DNA of 16,495 nucleotides, taken from the UHGV virus genome UHGV-0357595; one strand, written 5' to 3'. The DNA comes from a virus. The position numbers and the translations under genes are program-made. The stretch's first letter is position 1. The number at the start of each line of letters is the position of its first letter. Positions 1 through 7,644 of the stretch are shown here, piece after piece. The notes below the pieces were generated by a model. It had not been told where the DNA came from, did no database searches, and saw nothing but the letters and a program-made list of their open reading frames with translations.

Positions 1-75
1 GTTGTGTGCCTGCTTTTAACCACGTCAGGCGAGGTGGTATCCTTCTTATCCCGAATAACCAAGAAGGAAATCTAT

Positions 76-276
76 ATGACTAAAGAAGAATTTGTCTCTT
101 ATATTTTTGATAAAACGGTTGAAATGTATGCCGCTACTTACGGGGCCTGTAATCCTCTGAATAAACCAGAGGGAAAAGATGATTTCGACAAAATTTACCG
201 CTTCTTGGAGGACCGCTATATCAAAAGCTTAGAGGACGCAGGGATCAAATCCCCAGTGAAGTCACCATTGTCCTGA
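76..276 (+). CDS. hypothetical small protein (66 aa)
   Basis: ATG at 76 preceded by AAGGA (64-68); open frame to the stop at 274-276; 3' end overlaps the convergent minus-strand ORF; no recognisable motif. Confidence 0.4.
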   Translation: MTKEEFVSYIFDKTVEMYAATYGACNPLNKPEGKDDFDKIYRFLEDRYIKSLEDAGIKSPVKSPLS

Positions 277-610
277 GAACTTGCAGGACGTCATGATCAT
301 AACTTCCATCCAAACCGCGACGGCGAATTACTTCTCGTATTACCGGAAGCAGTTCGCTGGAAATCTCGGTGCATATTTCACCTGATAATACGCTTGGCTC
401 AAGTGAGAATATTGGTGAACTTACGGTCTTGGTCTCGACAGTTTCAGAGTCAGTGCCAACATTATAAAGCTCAACGAAAGCGGTCTTGATTTTCCGGGCC
501 AGATCTTTTGCTGGCTCGCTTGCAATATCTTTCCCGATTTCTCGCAGCACAGAATGCAATGTATGAGCTGCTGTTTTCTGTACATCAGACGGTAAATCTT
601 TAAATTCCAT
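245..610 (-). CDS. hypothetical protein (about 121 aa), early-left region
   Basis: Minus-strand ORF from the track (245-622); the second ATG at 610 has GAGG about 7 nt upstream, so 610 is preferred over 622; no recognisable domain. Confidence 0.45.
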   Translation of the reverse strand: MEFKDLPSDVQKTAAHTLHSVLREIGKDIASEPAKDLARKIKTAFVELYNVGTDSETVETKTVSSPIFSLEPSVLSGEICTEISSELLPVIREVIRRRGLDGSYDHDVLQVLRTMVTSLGI

Positions 611-1021
611 TGTCAGCCTCATCAGTCAGTGTTTCTGGCTAACCAGCAACGCGCGCCAGATTCGGTTTTAAACGTTTTGCTTTTGGTATACGTCATGGCG
701 GTGAATGTGCCGTCCTGATTGGGAAACACGCCACATACCAGAGATGTTGTTGCCAAGATCGTTAGTATCCATGTTGACCTCATTTCCCCTTAACGCCGGG
801 TGGCGGAACGTTTTATCTACTGCGCTTTGTATCAATCAACAACTGCCGTCATGTTCGTATGCCTCAGGCTGGCTACTTAGCCCTGTTCAGTGGCTGGATA
901 ACTCGAGGTATTGTCCAGCCGTTCTCTGGTGGGGCGTTGTTTGGATATGCTTATTAAACACAATGCGTTTTCTTATGTCAACACGAAATGTGTTTTGTGG
1001 TGAGTGTCATATGATGATGGT

Positions 1022-1047
1022 ACAAAAAAGCCCGCTGATAGCGGGCT
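1022..1047 (-). terminator. rho-independent terminator downstream of the repressor gene
   Basis: 7-bp stem AGCCCGC (1029-1035) / GCGGGCT (1041-1047) with loop TGATA; on the minus strand the hairpin is followed by a U-run (plus-strand A-run 1024-1029); lies 30 bp past the repressor stop. Confidence 0.6.
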
Positions 1048-1077
1048 GATTGGCATATTACTGTGATAGCAAGATCA

Positions 1078-1497
1078 TTACTCCGGTGGGGGATTATCTT
1101 TAAGCCTGCCTCTCAAATATTTTTCTACATACTCATCGATTTCTTTTAGCCGGACTTCAAATAGCTCAATCATTCGTTGTTGTTCTGAGCCCGGTAGCTG
1201 GTTAAACAACTCAAGAAGTTTTCGTTGGGATTCATTTAACCACAATTCAGAAGATTCCTGTTCTCCAAATAGGAGCTCAGGAGGAGATATGCCAAGTGCC
1301 TTTCCCAATACGACAGCGTCATGCACTCCAACATTTCTGCTGCCCGCCTCATAGTTACCTATACGCGATTGCGTCCATCCGCAGATTTCAGCAAGTTTTC
1401 CTTGAGATAAACCAAGCTTCTGCCTGCGCTCTTTAAGACGCATTGCAATTTTGTCATTGAGCCTACTAGCGGCAATTTTTTCGTTTTCTTTTTCCAT
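1078..1497 (-). CDS. prophage repressor, HTH XRE/cI-like, no S24 peptidase domain (RacR-like architecture)
   Basis: 139-aa ORF; helix-turn-helix signature LGLSQGKLAEICGWTQSRIGNYEAG; C-terminal part is helical with no Ser/Lys autopeptidase motif; AGGA 5 nt upstream of the ATG; divergent from a Cro-like gene. Confidence 0.8.
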   Translation of the reverse strand: MEKENEKIAASRLNDKIAMRLKERRQKLGLSQGKLAEICGWTQSRIGNYEAGSRNVGVHDAVVLGKALGISPPELLFGEQESSELWLNESQRKLLELFNQLPGSEQQRMIELFEVRLKEIDEYVEKYLRGRLKDNPPPE

Positions 1498-1593
1498 TGC
1501 ATCCTTGTATCACGAATCGTGATTTACATAAAACACAAAACAGCTTGACCATATAACACAAGGTGTGTTTAAAATTGTCATCGGAGGTTTTCA
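1498..1593. promoter_or_regulatory. divergent immunity-region promoters with palindromic operator candidates
   Basis: Inverted repeats ATCACG-AAT-CGTGAT (1509-1523) and AACACA-AGG-TGTGTT (1555-1569); rightward -35 TTGACC (1545-1550) with an AT-rich -10 near 1568-1575; leftward -35 TGACAA (complement of 1575-1580) and -10 TTATAT (complement of 1551-1556); the second palindrome sits between the two -10 elements. Confidence 0.5.
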
Positions 1594-1836
1594 ATGAACA
1601 AAATTTCAACATATCGAAAACAGCTTGGGCTGTCTCAAAGACAACTTGCTGTTCAGTTAGGGTGGATACAAAGCCGACTGGCAAATTACGAAGCAAATTT
1701 TCGTACCCCTGGACTAGAGGAGTGCAGAAAAATTGTTTCTACCCTTAATCGGCTTGGCGCTCATTGTGGACTTGACGATGTATTCCCCCCAGACGGTAAG
1801 CATAGCGAAAACAGCATAGGAGCGGTTGATTCATGA
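1594..1836 (+). CDS. Cro-like HTH XRE-family regulator (80 aa)
   Basis: ATG at 1594 with GGAGG 8 nt upstream; HTH signature LGLSQRQLAVQLGWIQSRLANYEAN; divergent from the repressor; stop overlaps the start of the next gene (ATGA at 1833-1836). Confidence 0.75.
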   Translation: MNKISTYRKQLGLSQRQLAVQLGWIQSRLANYEANFRTPGLEECRKIVSTLNRLGAHCGLDDVFPPDGKHSENSIGAVDS

Positions 1837-2255
1837 AAATCAGGCATGAGCACATCGAATCAGTGTTGTTAGCCCTGGCAGCCGAAAAAGGGCAGGCGTG
1901 GGTCGCTAACGCAATTACTGAAGAATATCTGCGCCAGGGGGGCGGCGAATTGCCCCTTGTACCAGGCAAGGACTGGAACAATCAGCAGAATATCTATCAC
2001 CGTTGGTTGAAAGGTGAAACGAAAGCGCAAAGGGAAAAAATTCAGAAACTGATCCCTGCGGTTCTGGCAATTCTTCCGCGCGAGCTGCGTCACCGACTCT
2101 GCATCTTCGATACCCTGGAACGCCGTGCATTACTGGCGGCGCAGGAAGCGTTGAGTACGGCAATTGATGCGCATGATGATGCAGTCCAGGCCGTTTACCG
2201 GAAAGCACATTTCAGCGGTGGTGGGTCGCCCGGCGATTCTGTCGTAGTGCATTGA
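1833..2255 (+). CDS. YdaT-like protein (hypothetical regulator or toxin following cro)
   Basis: 140-aa ORF translationally coupled to the Cro-like gene; size and position match the ydaS-ydaT arrangement of Rac-type prophages; family assignment is from memory only. Confidence 0.5.
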   Translation: MKIRHEHIESVLLALAAEKGQAWVANAITEEYLRQGGGELPLVPGKDWNNQQNIYHRWLKGETKAQREKIQKLIPAVLAILPRELRHRLCIFDTLERRALLAAQEALSTAIDAHDDAVQAVYRKAHFSGGGSPGDSVVVH

Positions 2256-2299
2256 TTGAAATTAATCGTGCCGGATTGTTTTGTTCGGTATCAGTTAAA

Positions 2300-2320
2300 T
2301 GTAACGCTGCGAGCGTTACA
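2300..2320. repeat. 21-bp palindrome TGTAACGCT-GCG-AGCGTTACA (copy 1, perfect arms)
   Basis: Perfect 9-bp inverted arms with a 3-bp spacer, 13 bp upstream of the initiator start codon. Confidence 0.7.
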
Positions 2321-2332
2321 AGGTGAAAACAA

Positions 2333-3121
2333 ATGGCTTCAAACTGGATAAAGCTCGAGGTTATTACGCCGGATAAGCCGGAAATATTCAGGCTTGCTGA
2401 GATTCTGAATATTGATCCAGATGCCGCATTAGGGAAGGTTATTCGCTTCTGGGCATGGGCGGATCAACAAATGATAGACGGTAATGCAGATTGTAACGCT
2501 CGCGGCGTTACAAAAAGTGCAATAGATCGCATCACTTTTATGGCTGGTTTTGCTGATGCGTTAATTCAGGTTGGATGGCTGGTCGAAAATGACGTTGGGC
2601 TTTCTCTACCTAACTTTGAACGTCATAACGGAAAAAGCTCTAAAAAACGGGCGGTTACAAACGAGCGAGTTACAAAAATACGCGAACTGAAACGAAAAGG
2701 TAACGCTGCCAGCGTTACACAAACGGATCAAAAAGCGTTACCAGAGGAAGAGGAAGAGGAAGATCTAAATACTGATCTCCCCCTAAATCCCCCTCGCCAA
2801 AAACGAGCGTCTAAAAAATTCGAGCCGGAGGCTATTGAGCTGCCCGATTGGTTGCCGGAAACACTCTGGCATGAGTGGGTCCGGTTCAGACAGGCATTGC
2901 GAAAACCGATTCGAACGGAGCAGGGCGCTAACGGGGCGATACGGGAACTGGAAAAATTCCGTCAGCAGGGTTTTACACCTGAGCAGGTGATTCGACACAG
3001 CATCGCCAATGAATACCAGGGCCTGTTCGCGCCGAAAGGTGTTCGGCCTGAGACGTTGCTCCGACAGGTTAACACCGTCTCGTTGCCGGACAGTGCGATC
3101 CCGCCAGGCTTCAGGGGGTAA
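2333..3121 (+). CDS. replication initiation / replisome-organiser protein (YdaU / O-like)
   Basis: 262-aa ORF directly upstream of a DnaC-like gene; contains the repeated palindromes in its coding sequence (as the lambda O gene contains ori); acidic EEEEEED stretch at 2744-2764. Confidence 0.65.
   Translation: MASNWIKLEVITPDKPEIFRLAEILNIDPDAALGKVIRFWAWADQQMIDGNADCNARGVTKSAIDRITFMAGFADALIQVGWLVENDVGLSLPNFERHNGKSSKKRAVTNERVTKIRELKRKGNAASVTQTDQKALPEEEEEEDLNTDLPLNPPRQKRASKKFEPEAIELPDWLPETLWHEWVRFRQALRKPIRTEQGANGAIRELEKFRQQGFTPEQVIRHSIANEYQGLFAPKGVRPETLLRQVNTVSLPDSAIPPGFRG
2492..2512. repeat. 21-bp palindrome TGTAACGCT-CGC-GGCGTTACA (copy 2)
   Basis: Same palindrome with one arm mismatch, inside the initiator coding sequence, 192 bp from copy 1. 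Confidence 0.7.
2699..2719. repeat. 21-bp palindrome GGTAACGCT-GCC-AGCGTTACA (copy 3)
   Basis: Same palindrome with one outer mismatch, inside the initiator coding sequence, 207 bp from copy 2; two extra GTTACAA half-sites lie at 2654-2660 and 2669-2675. Confidence 0.7.
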
Positions 3122-3127
3122 CAGACC

Positions 3128-3874
3128 ATGAAAAATATTGCGACAGGAGGCGTTCTGGAGCGTATCCGCAGACTGGCCCCACCACATGTAACCGCCCCAT
3201 TCAGAACGGTTGCGGAGTGGCGCGAGTGGCAACTTGCTGAAGGCCAGAAACGTAGCGAGGAGATCAACCGCCTGAATCGTCAGTTGCGGGTGGAAAAAAT
3301 TCTGAATCGCTCAGGCATCCAGCCGTTGCACCGTAAATGCTCGTTTGCGAATTACCAGGTGCAGAACGACGGCCAGCGATACGCGTTAAGCCAGGCGAAA
3401 TCCATCGCCGATGAACTGATGACCGGGTGTACAAATTTTGCGTTCAGCGGAAAACCTGGTACCGGGAAGAATCACTTAGCGGCAGCTATCGGGAATCGCC
3501 TGCTGAAAGACGGTCAGACAGTGATTGTGGTTACCGTGGCTGATGTTATGAGCGCCCTGCACGCCAGCTATGACGACGGGCAGTCAGGCGAAAAATTTTT
3601 GCGGGAACTGTGCGAAGTGGATCTGCTGGTTCTTGATGAAATTGGCATTCAGCGCGAGACGAAAAACGAGCAGGTGGTACTGCACCAGATTATTGATCGA
3701 CGGACAGCGTCGATGCGTAGCGTGGGAATGCTGACAAACCTGAACTATGAGGCCATGAAAACATTGCTCGGCGAGCGGATTATGGATCGCATGACCATGA
3801 ACGGCGGGCGATGGGTGAATTTTAACTGGGAGAGCTGGCGTCCGAATGTCGTCCAGCCAGGAATTGCGAAGTGA
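3128..3874 (+). CDS. DnaC-like helicase loader (IstB-like AAA+ ATPase)
   Basis: 248-aa ORF; Walker [16 protein letters not shown]; Walker B-like DLLVLDEIG; follows the initiator gene. Confidence 0.85.
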
Positions 3875-3896
3875 TTTTTACCGGGAGGAAATTTTA

Positions 3897-4658
3897 ATGG
3901 AGACTGTTTTTGACGCACTGAAAGCGATGGGAAAAGCCACATCCATAGAACTTGCTGCGCGACTTGATATCAGTCGTGAAGAGGTACTGAACGAGCTGTA
4001 GGAACTGAAAAAGGCTGGTTTTGTTGATAAAAGCGCGTACACCTGGCGTGTGGCTGATAACAACGTTCAGCAGGAACAGCCAGAGCAGGCAGAACTGCCG
4101 GAAGAAACCACCACGGCAACAGTCGCGAAAATTTCGGAGTGCGATTTAACTGCGGCGATTGAACAACGTGGGCCACAAACGGCGGATGAGTTGGCTACAT
4201 TGTTCGGTACCACATCACGCAAAGTAGCTTCAACGCTGGCAATGGCTATCAGCAAAGGACGCCTGATTCGCGTAAACCAGAACGGTAAATTTCGTTACTG
4301 CATACCGGGCGATAATTTACCAGCAGAGCCGAAAGCAGCATCGGTAGCGGAAACTGATGGTAAGGCCTTTCCTCAGCCCACAGGTGTTGCGTTACCAGTA
4401 CAGGAGGCTGCAACACAGGAAGATATTAAAACAGAAACGGTGGCGGACATTGTGCAGTCGCTGCCATCGTTTACTGAAACGCGAGCGGATGACCTGGTTT
4501 TACCATCGCTGCATATGGCAAACCGCGAACTGCGTCGGGCGAAAAATCATGTCCAGAAGTGGGAGCGAATCTGCGCCGCGCTGCGGGAGCTGAACAAGCA
4601 CCGGGATATTGTTCGACATATTTTCGATTCCTCCAGTCGTATTGTGTCGGAAAAGTGA
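3897..4658 (+). pseudogene. hypothetical protein interrupted by an in-frame amber (TAG) codon at 3999-4001
   Basis: ATG at 3897 with GGGAGG 8 nt upstream; the frame is open for 34 codons, hits TAG at 3999-4001, then stays open in the same frame to 4658; the downstream part has only a GTG at 4050 with no Shine-Dalgarno. Confidence 0.6.
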
Positions 4659-4673
4659 TTGCCGGAGGCACCT

Positions 4674-5096
4674 ATGGCAAAAGTATTTACACCAGAAGAG
4701 CGAGAAAAAATTAAAGGGCAGGTTGTTGAACTTGTACGTCTGAGCGGTCGCGAGACGTTACGGGCTCTGGAGGTTAAAACCGGTGCATCAAGGTATTACA
4801 TAAGCACTCTCGCCAGAGAACTGGTCGCCAGTGGTGATGTTTACAATTCAGGCTACGGATTATTCCCGTCTGAGCAGGCGCGTAAGGACTGGCAAAACGC
4901 CCGCAAAAAACTATCCAGGGCAAAGGTGAAAAAAACGGTTGTGGTTGATCCGGACCTTATCTGGTCATTACCAGACGGAGAAATACGCCGCTACGACAGG
5001 CGTCTGAACATAATCTGTCGCGAGTGCAGGAAGAGCGAAGTTATGCAGCGCGTGCTGGCGTTTTATCAGGGGAATTTTCAGGAGGTGGCACAGTGA
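4674..5096 (+). CDS. hypothetical protein (141 aa)
   Basis: ATG at 4674 with GGAGG 6 nt upstream; basic C-terminal half; no confident family call. Confidence 0.6.
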   Translation: MAKVFTPEEREKIKGQVVELVRLSGRETLRALEVKTGASRYYISTLARELVASGDVYNSGYGLFPSEQARKDWQNARKKLSRAKVKKTVVVDPDLIWSLPDGEIRRYDRRLNIICRECRKSEVMQRVLAFYQGNFQEVAQ

Positions 5097-5293
5097 GCGG
5101 GATTGACTACCAAGAATTGGCTGCTGCCAACGCTTTCCTGGCGGATGTGCGGGCAGGGGCGTTTAACGACCTTTGCGCGGCGTTTGTCAGGCACGCAAAA
5201 ATTGCAGGACTGGGTGATGCCGATACCGTAACGCTTAAGGAAGTGACAGAAGCATTGTTGCATTGTGCGGAACAGATTCGCGCGGCTGAATAA
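5093..5293 (+). CDS. hypothetical small protein (66 aa)
   Basis: GTG at 5093 with GGAGG (5081-5085) upstream; start overlaps the upstream stop (GTGA), suggesting translational coupling. Confidence 0.4.
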   Translation: MSGIDYQELAAANAFLADVRAGAFNDLCAAFVRHAKIAGLGDADTVTLKEVTEALLHCAEQIRAAE

Positions 5294-5566
5294 TTAAATT
5301 TAGTGTTGTAAATAAAATTTAATCCTTAACCGGAGGGATTTCTGCACCCTCAAATAATCAGGAGGCCGCCCAAAAGGGCGGAACAGATAATGCTTACGTT
5401 GAAACATTTTATCGACATACCAACATGGTTAGCCGTCATTGCTTTTGTTAAAATACACATCCACTTTTCTGTGCAATGTTTAACCACTGGTCATATCAAA
5501 TGGTATTCATGCGAACCATGATATAGAATCATGGCTTGAGAGAGTCGATGAAAGCGCAACTATGGT

Positions 5567-6145
5567 ATGAGAGACATTGATGTAAGAAAGGCTGTGCATG
5601 CCAAGATTCTGAGAGATCATCATAAAGATCCTGACACCCTAATCATTGATGAGTTTACGATGAATCTAGGGGCTAGCAGAGCTGATATAGCAGTGATCAA
5701 TGGGCTTATACATGGTTATGAGTTGAAGAGCAAGAGTGATAACTTGCTCAGATTACCAGCGCAGGTGCAACATTACTCATCAGTGATGGATAAAGTAACG
5801 TTGGTTGTCTCTGATTGCCATCTTTATGATGCTTTAAGCATAGTTCCATCATGGTGGGGGATAAAGCAAGTTACGCAAGGTGCACGGCAAGGTATCCATT
5901 TAAAAACAATTCGAACTAGCAAGTTGAATCCACAAGTGGACAAACTTTCCTTAACAATGCTTCTTTGGAAAGATGAATTGCTTTCCCTATTAAGTGATGT
6001 AGGGGAGCTACAGAATTTGAAAAATAAACCTAAACGCGTCTTATGGTCAAAACTCGCCAATAGTATGGATGTTGGCGAGCTTCGTGAAGCTGTTCGAGTT
6101 AAACTTAAAGCCCGTAAAGAGTGGCGAGTTGCTCAACAACCTTAG
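5567..6145 (+). CDS. putative PD-(D/E)xK-type nuclease-like protein (192 aa); possibly sce7726-family
   Basis: ORF in the AT-rich island; motif RADIAVINGLIHGYELK (Asp followed about 12 residues later by Glu-x-Lys) resembles a PD-(D/E)xK core; weak Shine-Dalgarno; family name is a recollection, not a search result. Confidence 0.6.
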   Translation: MRDIDVRKAVHAKILRDHHKDPDTLIIDEFTMNLGASRADIAVINGLIHGYELKSKSDNLLRLPAQVQHYSSVMDKVTLVVSDCHLYDALSIVPSWWGIKQVTQGARQGIHLKTIRTSKLNPQVDKLSLTMLLWKDELLSLLSDVGELQNLKNKPKRVLWSKLANSMDVGELREAVRVKLKARKEWRVAQQP

Positions 6146-7202
6146 TTATGTGATGGTTTTGCCCAATCCTACGCCATACCTCTGGGCTACCAAATTTATA
6201 GTTACCAGAGGGATTGGCTTTGTAGGCTTGATACTCGTTTGCATAATATTCTATGTCTCTATCTCCCGCACAGAATGTAGGCCCTGAATATTCTCGATGA
6301 GCAAGAATATCCTCACTATGTTTACCATATTGTTCATAACCAAAGCGATTAGCTACTCTTCCTCGAAATACCCAAAAGTCATTATCTCCAGAGTATCTGA
6401 CGCTGGCAGATACGCTAGGGAATCGCGTCGAAAGCCTATTAAAGTCGGGGTGCTGTACTCCATAATCACTATAAATCACATTTCTGGCAAGTTCTTTTCT
6501 ATTCATTAAACTCTGCCATAAAATCCACTCGATTCGAGGTTGAGAATATAGACCAACAGAAATATCACTGAGATCTGTAGGAAATGAACCCCCAGAAAGA
6601 ATCACTTTTCTGTATTCATTGAGGTGCGCCAGATTGTTTATCAATCCCATTGCCAACGTATATAGTTCGCCGGAATTAAGTTTATCCTCGGTTAACTCAT
6701 CTCTTAAGTCAATAATTATATCAATATTTGATAAAGGAATTCCCAGATGATTAATGTAATGCGTTATTAATTGTGGGTTAACCAGATCTAACGTGGTTAA
6801 TCTCAAGCATATTTCATTCTGCATTAATTCATCAATCGCTCTTTTATAGTTAGATGGGCGAGTTGGTGAACTGACAGGAATAACTCTTATCCCCATATCT
6901 CTAACTTGATGAACCGCATTTATTATAGGGTAATGATCTTCAGGAGAAATAAAATGCTCTTCAATTAATAATCCATCAATATAAACACCTTGCATATCTG
7001 AGCAAGATTTTGAGACTTTCTTTCCGAACTCTATAAGAGTCTCGTTATAACTCTTTAAGGCAATACCTGAATCAGGGTCAATTGGCACTGGTTCAATTTC
7101 GAGTAATGGCAAAATTTTTGATTTCTTTTCAATGGATAGCTGCGATAAAGCTGATAACTCAGAACGTTTCGCTTTCAGAATAGGAATATATGAAATTGTC
7201 AT
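6105..7202 (-). CDS. hypothetical protein (365 aa), partner of the putative nuclease; possibly beta/sce7725-family
   Basis: Long minus-strand ORF in AT-rich DNA; start ATG at 7202 with AAGGT upstream; N-terminus MTISYIPILKAKRSELSAL; convergent with the 192-aa gene and overlapping it by 41 bp at the 3' ends. Confidence 0.7.
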   Translation of the reverse strand: MTISYIPILKAKRSELSALSQLSIEKKSKILPLLEIEPVPIDPDSGIALKSYNETLIEFGKKVSKSCSDMQGVYIDGLLIEEHFISPEDHYPIINAVHQVRDMGIRVIPVSSPTRPSNYKRAIDELMQNEICLRLTTLDLVNPQLITHYINHLGIPLSNIDIIIDLRDELTEDKLNSGELYTLAMGLINNLAHLNEYRKVILSGGSFPTDLSDISVGLYSQPRIEWILWQSLMNRKELARNVIYSDYGVQHPDFNRLSTRFPSVSASVRYSGDNDFWVFRGRVANRFGYEQYGKHSEDILAHREYSGPTFCAGDRDIEYYANEYQAYKANPSGNYKFGSPEVWRRIGQNHHITKVVEQLATLYGL

Positions 7203-7321
7203 GTTAATACCTTATACAGAATCAATTAACAATTAATGGTTCTTCGGACATTGAAATTTATATCGCAAAAATTGGCAAACTCTCCTCGACTACTCACTTG
7301 TGGGTATCCTGGCGTAAAAGG

Positions 7322-7373
7322 AATGACTTGGCAATACCCGGTGTGATCATAAGTCATTGAAAATGATCATTTT
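7322..7373. promoter_or_regulatory. palindromic elements with Dam (GATC) sites upstream of the 365-aa gene
   Basis: Inverted repeat AATGACTT (7322-7329) / AAGTCATT (7351-7358) flanking TGATCAT (7344-7350); perfect 14-bp palindrome AAAATGATCATTTT (7360-7373). Confidence 0.3.
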
Positions 7374-7644
7374 TATCAGTCTTTCTTCCATGATGAATGC
7401 TAATGCCATTTGATTTGTTGAGGTGAAAACTGTTAAAAATCAAAACGATGTAATTGAAATGAACGTTCGGTAGCATTCACGCTTTAAATGTTTCTTTTGT
7501 GCTGATTGGATGAATTTTGGTCACTTATGATGAGAGATGTTGCAGGAAAAGAAGTTGGCATTGATCTATTGGATAGTTAGAATTGCTGCGGGTGCTTGAG
7601 GCTATCTGCCTCAGGCATGAACACCAAAAGGCAGATAGAGAAAA

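Noticed and set aside
705-1049. 114-aa plus-strand ORF between the early-left gene and the repressor terminator
   Set aside because: Cys/Trp-rich, low-complexity translation with no Shine-Dalgarno; it runs straight into the repressor terminator hairpin. More likely noncoding DNA. A manual check of the minus strand near 1008 found only a 10-codon frame.
1466-1748. Track ORFs 1466-1696 (minus) and 1563-1748 (plus) overlapping the operator region and the Cro-like gene
   Set aside because: They overlap the well-supported repressor and Cro-like genes in other frames, have no ribosome-binding sites and give implausible translations; treated as frame noise.
1745-2208. Minus-strand ORFs 1745-1981, 1869-2093 and 1915-2208
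   Set aside because: Antisense to the Cro-like and YdaT-like genes, with no start signals; Arg/Pro/Cys-rich translations typical of antisense frames.
2744-2764. (GAGGAA)3 repeat encoding EEEEEED in the initiator
   Set aside because: Short and in-frame; most likely just an acidic linker rather than a phase-variable tract. Noted only as a possible slippage site.
2783-3267. Minus-strand ORFs inside the initiator and DnaC-like genes
   Set aside because: Antisense to genes with strong motifs (Walker A/B); no independent support.
5824-6509. Track ORFs 5824-6060 (minus), 6069-6287 (plus) and 6297-6509 (plus) inside the convergent gene pair
   Set aside because: Each lies antisense or out of frame within the longer, better-supported 192-aa and 365-aa ORFs; AT-rich frames produce long spurious ORFs easily.
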